A stretch of 64,000 bases of DNA. Source: a virus (taxonomy: Duplodnaviria > Heunggongvirae > Uroviricota > Caudoviricetes). The position numbers and the translations under genes are program-made. Below, in pieces: positions 57,439-64,000 of this stretch (within the stretch, counting starts at the first letter, position 1; the number at the start of each line of letters is the position of its first letter). The stretch lies in the IMG/VR virus record IMGVR_UViG_3300042892_003674. One strand, written 5' to 3'. Under the pieces are notes generated by a model, which saw only the letters and a list, made by a program, of their open reading frames with translations, made no database searches and was not told the DNA's origin.

Positions 57439-57961
57439 AAAGTATAACGAAGCTTGGAGATATGGTGATGCCGAAGACCAACGTGCGTGGACCAAGGAAA
57501 GAGAAGAGCGTGAAAAGGAGATGAGAAAACATAGTAGAGGTGAGTTCTATGATTATGTTAAATCTTGTTTTATAAATATGATTGAGAGATCTGAAAGTTA
57601 TGGATTAGATGATGAGAGTATTTTTGAAATAACAGAAGAAGATAATGAATATGGTCATAAACCTTCAATGGCACTTTTTATTGATTTACGACCACCTTCA
57701 CAAGTAACTAAAATAAAAGAAATTACACCACCTTTCACTAATAATGATACTGAAAATGTTATTAATAACATGATAGAATATAATAATTATGTAAATGAAA
57801 CATATGAAGAAGTATTATCTTGTTTAACATTAGTAAAACAACAATACCCTAATTGTAGTTATCAAATAGAAACAGGTGATACAGAAATTGATAAAGTAAA
57901 TAAAAATATAAACTTCACTTATATATACTGGCAATTGATAACATTTTACTTAGAAAAATAA
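57428..57961 (+). CDS. Paralog-family protein with MKIRKYNEA motif
   Basis: Likely start 57428; YVKSCFINMIE, CLTLVKQQYP. Confidence 0.7.
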   Translation: MKIRKYNEAWRYGDAEDQRAWTKEREEREKEMRKHSRGEFYDYVKSCFINMIERSESYGLDDESIFEITEEDNEYGHKPSMALFIDLRPPSQVTKIKEITPPFTNNDTENVINNMIEYNNYVNETYEEVLSCLTLVKQQYPNCSYQIETGDTEIDKVNKNINFTYIYWQLITFYLEK

Positions 57962-57985
57962 AAAACCACTCAAATGAGTGGTTTT
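57960..57985. terminator. Bidirectional terminator
   Basis: AAAACCACTCA-AA-TGAGTGGTTTT. Confidence 0.75.
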
Positions 57986-57989
57986 CTTT

Positions 57990-59009
57990 TTACTTATTGA
58001 ATCTATCAAAAGCATTCTGTGATATTTTAACCCAGTTAGCTTGACCAATAAACTCTTCTAAAGTTCTACTATTAGAATAAGACATTGCCGATCTTAAATA
58101 ATCAGTAAAGTTTTCTCTCCATCCAGATAAAGTATATTCCACTCTATTGTACTTAGAAATACCTTCTCCTGTTTTAAGTTCTTTCCTATTCCAAGACTTC
58201 TGAACTTCTTTAGTTGACATTCCTCTATAATACTTCCAAACATCTATACCACTATCGAAATTAGTGATTGCACGTTCTTCATCTATTAAGTGAAATATAC
58301 CAACAGAATCTTTTAAGAAGTTATCAGAACAACTTTCTAAACATTTGTTAAAGATTCCCCCTAACATACAAGCATGAGCACCAAGTGCTAGTGCCTTAAT
58401 TATGTCAGAGAAGTTTCTAAATCCACCATCTGCTAAGATTTTAGTAGGATTATCAAACTCTCTTGAAACTTCATAACACTCGTTCACTAATGATGCCATT
58501 GGAAAATGTATTGAAACATTTGCAGATGTAGTACAAGCAGAACCTCCACCAATACCAACTCTAATCCAATCAACTCCGATCTCACAGTATTTTCTGTAGG
58601 TATCAGGGTTAGCAATGTTGCCAACCATTAGTTCAATGTTATTACCATATTTCTCTTTTATTCTTTTAGAGATTTCCCACAGCTTAAACATGTGACCGTT
58701 CGCCACATCGATTAGCACTTTTTTAGGTAGCTCTTTACCAGACTCGAATAACTCAATCATTTCATCAAGACCATAAGAATAGAAGTAATTATCATTCTTT
58801 AAACTATCAAATTTAACATTTCTAGGTAAACAAATGTTTACATTATTTAATTCAAATTCAGATATGTTATTTTCATCAATAACCATATCCATTGGTGCAG
58901 TAAAGATAGGAAGCTTTCCATTTTGTAATGGATTTATCTCACTACGAGAAGCAATAGTACTCAGAGTATCTGGTATTATTGTGATGTCATTCCAGTCGAA
59001 TTTTTTCAT
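57990..59009 (-). CDS. guaC: GMP reductase / IMP dehydrogenase family
   Basis: APMD, IDVANGH, GNIA, VGIGGGSACTT, ADGG, YRGMST, GEG, LRSAMSY. Confidence 0.75.
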   Translation of the reverse strand: MKKFDWNDITIIPDTLSTIASRSEINPLQNGKLPIFTAPMDMVIDENNISEFELNNVNICLPRNVKFDSLKNDNYFYSYGLDEMIELFESGKELPKKVLIDVANGHMFKLWEISKRIKEKYGNNIELMVGNIANPDTYRKYCEIGVDWIRVGIGGGSACTTSANVSIHFPMASLVNECYEVSREFDNPTKILADGGFRNFSDIIKALALGAHACMLGGIFNKCLESCSDNFLKDSVGIFHLIDEERAITNFDSGIDVWKYYRGMSTKEVQKSWNRKELKTGEGISKYNRVEYTLSGWRENFTDYLRSAMSYSNSRTLEEFIGQANWVKISQNAFDRFNK

Positions 59010-59012
59010 ATA

Positions 59013-59318
59013 TTAATAGAAGGTGTATTTTTCTTCTTTAACACAATAGATTGAGATTGGATAAAGTCTTACTTCACCTTGTGTTTCATCAACTAAAAAT
59101 CTCATTGAACCATCAATGATTTCATTAGTTATCTTAACTGTTGCATTGTTAAGTCCTTTAAAAATTGTGTGATTGATTTCATCACTTTCATCAATTGTTA
59201 AGAAGTTTTTCTTACCTAAGATTTTACCTTTGAATCCCTCTTCAAAGTAAGATTTCTCGATAAGTGCTTGGATTGTAGTAGAGTCAGAAAAATCTACTTT
59301 AATTTCGTGTTTTACCAT
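59013..59318 (-). CDS. Hypothetical protein
   Basis: 101 aa ORF. Confidence 0.6.
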   Translation of the reverse strand: MVKHEIKVDFSDSTTIQALIEKSYFEEGFKGKILGKKNFLTIDESDEINHTIFKGLNNATVKITNEIIDGSMRFLVDETQGEVRLYPISIYCVKEEKYTFY

Positions 59319-59419
59319 TATTTTGGTTTTTAATTAGACAATAAATTATTTACTTATCTTTTATCATTTTTAGGTAAAAAGTTTGAAACAAGGTGCTAAT
59401 TTTTAATATATAATTTATA

Positions 59420-59502
59420 ACCGGGGGTCATAGAACCCAACTTTAGGACCGGTATAGTTTAGGCTATAAAAGAAAACACCAAATTCGCTCCTTGGTGTTT
59501 TC
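59420..59502 (+). ncRNA. Candidate structured small RNA (unclassified)
   Basis: GC-rich intergenic island after TTAATATATA with nested stems ACCGG/CCGGT, GGGT/ACCC, ATAG/CTAT and GAAAACACCAA/TTGGTGTTTTC. Confidence 0.45.
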
Positions 59503-59562
59503 ACTTTCTAAACAACTTTATAATAAATTAGTATATAAAATAAACATAAAAATAATATAAAC

Positions 59563-60525
59563 ATGGAAAAAGAACACATATTGACAGAGAATCCTAGTAG
59601 ATTCGTAATCTTTCCTATAAAATATCACGATATTTGGGAAATGTATAAAACAGAAGAGATGTCATTCTGGACTGCTGAAGAAATAGATCTAGCACAGGAT
59701 ATTACTGACTGGGAAGAAAAGTTAAATGATAATGAAAGACATTACATTAAGAATGTATTAGCTTTCTTTGCAGCATCAGATGGTATCGTAAATGAAAACT
59801 TAGCTGAAAATTTCTTAAAAGAAGTACAATATCCTGAAGCAAAATCTTTTTATGGATTCCAAATTGCTATGGAAAATGTTCACTCTGAAACTTACTCTTT
59901 ATTGATTGATACTTATATCAAAGATAATGATGAGAAAGATCGTTTATTTAATGCAATTGATACTGTTCCTTCAGTTCAAAAGAAAGCTCAATGGGCTTTA
60001 AAGTGGATTGACTCTGAATCATTTGCTGAAAGATTGATAGCATTTGCTGCAGTTGAAGGTATATTCTTCTCTGGATCATTTTGTGCAATCTTCTGGTTGA
60101 AGAAAAGAGGTTTAATGCCAGGATTATCATTCTCTAATGAGTTGATTTCAAGAGACGAAGCGTTACATTGTCAATTTGCTTGTTTATTACATAATAAGTA
60201 TATCCAAAATAAGGTAACAGAAGAAAGAATCAAAGAAATCATTTGTGATGCTGTTGAAATTGAGAAAGAATTTATTTCTGATTCACTACCAGTATCTTTA
60301 ATTGGAATGAATGAGAAACTTATGTCACAATATATTGAGTTCGTTGCTGACTTCTGGTTAGTTGAATTAGGTTGTTCTAAAGTTTACAATTCTGAAAATC
60401 CTTTTGACTTTATGGAAATGTTATCTTTACAAGGTAAAGTAAACTTCTTTGAGAAAAGAAATGGTGATTATCAAAAAGTTTCTGATAAAGTAATTGACTT
60501 TGATAATCTTAATGAAGATTTCTAA
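59563..60525 (+). CDS. nrdB: Class Ia ribonucleotide reductase beta subunit
   Basis: [54 protein letters not shown]. Confidence 0.95.
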   Translation: MEKEHILTENPSRFVIFPIKYHDIWEMYKTEEMSFWTAEEIDLAQDITDWEEKLNDNERHYIKNVLAFFAASDGIVNENLAENFLKEVQYPEAKSFYGFQIAMENVHSETYSLLIDTYIKDNDEKDRLFNAIDTVPSVQKKAQWALKWIDSESFAERLIAFAAVEGIFFSGSFCAIFWLKKRGLMPGLSFSNELISRDEALHCQFACLLHNKYIQNKVTEERIKEIICDAVEIEKEFISDSLPVSLIGMNEKLMSQYIEFVADFWLVELGCSKVYNSENPFDFMEMLSLQGKVNFFEKRNGDYQKVSDKVIDFDNLNEDF

Positions 60526-60526
60526 A

Positions 60527-60553
60527 AACAACCCACTTTCGAGTGGGTTTTTT
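60527..60553 (+). terminator. Intrinsic terminator
   Basis: AACCCACT-TTCG-AGTGGGTTTTTT. Confidence 0.85.
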
Positions 60554-60579
60554 GTTTGATAATTTTAATATATAACTTT

Positions 60580-60915
60580 ATGAAAATATTAAAATTTAAT
60601 GAGTTTGATGAAGTGAATGAAGCACTTCCTAGACAACAATCTGTAGATCAGTTAAAAAAAGTTATGAAGATATCTACAAAGACTGATATTGGTAACAGAA
60701 TATCTGATATGAATAAACAAGGTGCGAATATAGATTATATTAAAAATCCTATTGATACTGGTATAGAATCTTATGAAGATTTCGAAAAACACAATAAAAA
60801 ATTTGTTCCATCTTGGAACCTAAAGAATCTTATTGGACCATTTGCACCAGAACCTAAACCAAAAGTTGATTTTGATTTAGATTATGAAAAGAAACAAGGT
60901 AAAGTAAAGAAATAA
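60580..60915 (+). CDS. Hypothetical protein with MKILKFNEF motif
   Basis: Likely start 60580, after TTAATATATA. Confidence 0.7.
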   Translation: MKILKFNEFDEVNEALPRQQSVDQLKKVMKISTKTDIGNRISDMNKQGANIDYIKNPIDTGIESYEDFEKHNKKFVPSWNLKNLIGPFAPEPKPKVDFDLDYEKKQGKVKK

Positions 60916-62207
60916 TGAAAAATTTAATAAAATATAATCTATTTGAATCATTTCAGTATGAAAATGGTTGTATAATGTTAGAACTTCCGATCTCTAATTG
61001 GGATGATATTTTATCTGTAATAGAAGAAGAAGATATTTATGATGTACAAGGTGGTAAAATACCATTTGGTCTTCAAAAAAGACCTCACTTAACTTTACTT
61101 TATCCAATTAAAAATAATGTAACTTTTGATGAAGTCAAAAACCAATTAGATGAAGTTGTAAAAGATGAACCGATAAATATAGTTACAAAAAACATAGAAG
61201 TCTTTGATGGTAGTAATTATGATATATTAGTTATCAAAGTAGAAGACAATCCTTATTTAAAGAAAATACACAACTATTTAAGTTCTCATCTACCGAACTA
61301 TAATAAACATTCATTTAACCCACATATAACTATTGGTTATATTAAGAAGGGTACAGGTGATAAGTATTGTAAAAATTTAAAATCAGAGATAAATGGTATT
61401 GATACAATAACATATTCTCATAAAGGAGAAGATAGTTTGTATAAGTTAAATGAAAATAAAATGTGGTATAAAACCATACAAGAAATGTTAAACTTTCTTA
61501 AAAGTAAGTCCAATTTACCTTGGTTATGGTTAGATACAGAAACAACTGGGTTATTAGGTCCTAAAAAAGAACAACTGACACAAGTTTCTGCTCTTGCGAC
61601 TAAATATAATTTCAGTTCTAATACATTTGATGAGATTGGTTCTTTTGATGAGAAAATAAAACTAACATCTGAAATTAAAACAAGATATAATCAACCTGAC
61701 GGTGGTAATAGAAGAATTCTAAGTTTCAATCATTATGGTTCAGGTGGTTATAAATATAAAGAAGAAAGACAAATCGTTGATGAATTTTTTAATTGGATTA
61801 CAAATTTCTCACCTTGTTTGTTGATAGCACAGAATGCTGGATTTGATATGCAAATGTTATCTGGTAGATTTGGTCACAAGATAACTAATGAAGTCTTAGA
61901 CACTAAAATGTTGATTCAATTATATTTCTTACCTCTTATTCAAAAGTTGGCAGAAACTGATATAACTTATCAAAAAATGGTAGATGGTATCGGAACTTCA
62001 CCGAGAGATAATGGTTTAATATCATCTTCTATGAGTAAAGTTGGACCAGCACTTGGAATAAATATGCAAGGATATCATGATGCATTAACGGATTGTCGTA
62101 TTACGATAGAAATGTATAGAAGAATAGTTGATTTATTAAATCAGTATAATAGTGTAGATATATCTAAGTATCAAACCGAAAGGATAAAAAGTATTAGAAC
62201 AAAGTAA
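60915..62207 (+). CDS. Fusion: 2H phosphodiesterase (T4 57B/Acb1-like) plus DEDDh 3'-5' exonuclease, with MKNLIKYNLFES motif
   Basis: PHLTLLY and FNPHITIGY; LDTETTG, NAGFD, HDALTD. Confidence 0.75.
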   Translation: MKNLIKYNLFESFQYENGCIMLELPISNWDDILSVIEEEDIYDVQGGKIPFGLQKRPHLTLLYPIKNNVTFDEVKNQLDEVVKDEPINIVTKNIEVFDGSNYDILVIKVEDNPYLKKIHNYLSSHLPNYNKHSFNPHITIGYIKKGTGDKYCKNLKSEINGIDTITYSHKGEDSLYKLNENKMWYKTIQEMLNFLKSKSNLPWLWLDTETTGLLGPKKEQLTQVSALATKYNFSSNTFDEIGSFDEKIKLTSEIKTRYNQPDGGNRRILSFNHYGSGGYKYKEERQIVDEFFNWITNFSPCLLIAQNAGFDMQMLSGRFGHKITNEVLDTKMLIQLYFLPLIQKLAETDITYQKMVDGIGTSPRDNGLISSSMSKVGPALGINMQGYHDALTDCRITIEMYRRIVDLLNQYNSVDISKYQTERIKSIRTK

Positions 62208-62737
62208 TGAAATTAAGAAAGTATAACGAAGCATTTGAAGAAGGTCACTTATATGATAAAGAAGGTAATGATCTAGGTGTGTGGAAAAGTGCTTGGCGAG
62301 AAGAAGTAGAAAGAAAACTTGCTCAAGATGCTAATAAAAAATATGATATGTTATATCTAAAAACTATTTTTAATGAGGTTTTAGAGGATACTAAGGATTT
62401 ATTAGATGATTACTTTGTAGAAGCACTTGATCGTGATGCAAAAACATCTATATCTAAAGTAAATAAGGCAGATCATGTTGGTTTTTTTGGTAGATATAGA
62501 ATTGTAGGTAACTATGCAAAAGGAGATAAAACTTTATCTGGTTATGCAGCAACTTTTAATGGACTTAGTAATGACTTTCTTGATATAGAAACTGGTCTTA
62601 AACACTTACAAGCAAAATTCAAAGATGAAAGTATCTTTGGTGAAGAATTTCCAATTACTACACTTACACACACTTTAAATGTTACTCATAATGATAGAGG
62701 TATTAGTTATGAGTTCATATTAGATATGAAATTCTAA
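62207..62737 (+). CDS. Hypothetical protein with MKLRKYNEA motif
   Basis: 176 aa ORF. Confidence 0.7.
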   Translation: MKLRKYNEAFEEGHLYDKEGNDLGVWKSAWREEVERKLAQDANKKYDMLYLKTIFNEVLEDTKDLLDDYFVEALDRDAKTSISKVNKADHVGFFGRYRIVGNYAKGDKTLSGYAATFNGLSNDFLDIETGLKHLQAKFKDESIFGEEFPITTLTHTLNVTHNDRGISYEFILDMKF

Positions 62738-62783
62738 ACTAATACATTCTTATTAGATATAACTTTAAATTAAAAGAGATAGA

Positions 62784-63647
62784 ATGAGAGTTTTAAATGT
62801 TAGAATGTTATTTGGGGTTGAACTTATACTTAGATATAATGATCTATTCCAGCAATTATTAGATCTATCAATTGTTGATTCGATAAATTGTGCGATATGT
62901 GAAGAAATTGTTAGGACGTATAGAGATACATATTCAGATGATTTTATAAAAGGTTATACAGATATTGCTAATTATATAATGTGTGATAGTAGAATAAATG
63001 TTACTACTGTTGATAATATTACTAGTCAATTTCCAAATGATGCAGAATTTAAAGAATTTATGTCACCATCTTCAATAGAAGAAAGATTTAACATATCAGA
63101 AACTTATCAAAATAGAAGAATAGTTGATGAATCAATTGAGACATTATTACCACAAAAATATATTACAATATCATCAAAGTGTTTGAATGTTTCTAGATCG
63201 GAATATGAGAATAGTAAAATGACTATATTTGAAATCTTAAATGAATCTAAGATACCGGTTGTAATTTTGGGAGAAAGAGAGGTTAAAAGTTGTAAAGAAT
63301 ATGAGATTCATCAAACATATTCAATTTACGAAGACTTATTCAATAATCTTGAGAATAAAATAGATTTAACTATAGCTAGTTCAGAGAATAATAATGATTT
63401 ATATCCTCTTAAAAAGACTTTTAAAATACTTAGTGATAGTAGTTTAAATATATTTATAAGTACCGCTGGGGTAAAGAGAGTAGTTGTTTATAGTAGTAGT
63501 AATAATGTTTTAGGATTAGTAACAACTGATTTTATTTCATTTTCTACTGGAGTAAAAAATAGGATAGATTCTGAGAATATAACTATTGTAGATAGTTTTA
63601 ATTTATTTAATATATCATTACGTGATGTATTAAATAAATTAAAATAA
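62784..63647 (+). CDS. Hypothetical protein, possibly GT-B glycosyltransferase-like
   Basis: YITI, PVVILGERE, IDLT pattern recalls the GT9 C-terminal domain; weak. Confidence 0.4.
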   Translation: MRVLNVRMLFGVELILRYNDLFQQLLDLSIVDSINCAICEEIVRTYRDTYSDDFIKGYTDIANYIMCDSRINVTTVDNITSQFPNDAEFKEFMSPSSIEERFNISETYQNRRIVDESIETLLPQKYITISSKCLNVSRSEYENSKMTIFEILNESKIPVVILGEREVKSCKEYEIHQTYSIYEDLFNNLENKIDLTIASSENNNDLYPLKKTFKILSDSSLNIFISTAGVKRVVVYSSSNNVLGLVTTDFISFSTGVKNRIDSENITIVDSFNLFNISLRDVLNKLK

Positions 63648-63765
63648 ATATAAAAAAAAATGAAAAAAACCTAATAAAATAACAACTTTTTTTAAACTTT
63701 TTTCAATATTTTTTATATAATAAGTAATCGGGTTAAAACCGATATAGAAAAAAAAATTAAAAGCA

Positions 63766-64000
63766 ATGAACGAATTAGATGACTTATTTAATGGCGGCCT
63801 AGACAGCAAAATGGACTTCTTAAATGAAGCAAAAACAACAAACAATGACGGAATTTACAGAGTAGATTTATCAAAATGTAAAGACAAGAAAAAAGGATGG
63901 AGATCTGTAGTAAGATTTTTACCTAACTTAACTCAAGAAGGAAAAATCGGACAATCAGCAATTGAGAAAATCACTCACTATGTTGATATTAAAAATCAAA
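63766..64000 (+). CDS. Single-stranded DNA-binding protein (T4 gp32-like), 3' truncated
   Basis: MNELDDLF...KGWRSVVRFLPN; (V/I)RFLP is a gp32 hallmark. Confidence 0.6.
   Translation, partial: MNELDDLFNGGLDSKMDFLNEAKTTNNDGIYRVDLSKCKDKKKGWRSVVRFLPNLTQEGKIGQSAIEKITHYVDIKNQ

Noticed and set aside
59420-59502. tRNA, tmRNA, hammerhead or HDV ribozyme
   Set aside because: No T-loop GTTC, cloverleaf or CCA end, and no CUGAUGA/GAAA core or HDV L3 motif recognised. Kept only as an unclassified ncRNA candidate.
29025-60525. Introns or inteins in topoisomerase, nrdB or dnaK
   Set aside because: The ORFs are continuous and of normal length, with no intein or homing-endonuclease motifs seen.
306-63845. 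Numerous 60-130 aa antisense ORFs in the track (e.g. 1226, 3945, 6701, 13526, 22669, 45788, 63639)
   Set aside because: They lie opposite or inside well-supported genes or promoter regions and have S/I/F-rich antisense composition.
1-64000. Bacterial chromosome origin (dnaK, dnaJ, grpE, nusG, argH, ppk2)
   Set aside because: These genes are scattered among T4-like neck, rnh, gp32, Rnl1 and phage-type topoisomerase genes and many short orphans, with no bacterial operon context.
1-64000. Stop-codon reassignment (code 15 or 4), as in some Bacteroidota phages
   Set aside because: Conserved enzymes are full length in code 11, and TAG and TGA serve as true stops with tight gene packing.

Overview
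Strongly AT-rich, gene-dense 64 kb segment of a T4-like jumbo (huge) phage, read in standard code 11. The host is almost certainly a Bacteroidota/Flavobacteriia cell: there are about 15 TAnnTTTG promoters, a T9SS cargo protein, Bacteroidota-type argH and DUF151 genes, and no Shine-Dalgarno sites. Recognisable genes cover replication and nucleotide metabolism (topoisomerase II, RNase H/FEN, gp62-like, gp32-like, nrdB, guaC-like, dCMP deaminase), a gp13-like neck protein, a full DnaK/DnaJ/GrpE set, NusG, PPK2, UvsE, a MoxR ATPase and vWA partner, an RNA/tRNA repair kit (Rnl1, CCA enzyme, two HAD, two 2H) and a seven-gene CsgG/T9SS/beta-barrel envelope operon. The most striking unexplained structure is two mutually exclusive peptide 'address labels' shared by dozens of unrelated proteins. 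(1) About 20 proteins begin with MK(Y/H)(L/I)KxF(N)E, which resembles the T4 capsid-targeting sequence, and sit behind a TAATATATA promoter; these are likely packaged, ejected cargo. (2) About 19 other proteins end in R(D/E)xK(I/L)xx(I/L)L, and several of these look like isolated fragments of major capsid or fibre proteins, possibly decoys. Also seen: three promoter classes, a sigma54-like promoter with a palindrome before dnaK, and a candidate structured ncRNA before nrdB. All homology calls come from motif recognition by eye, not from database searches.
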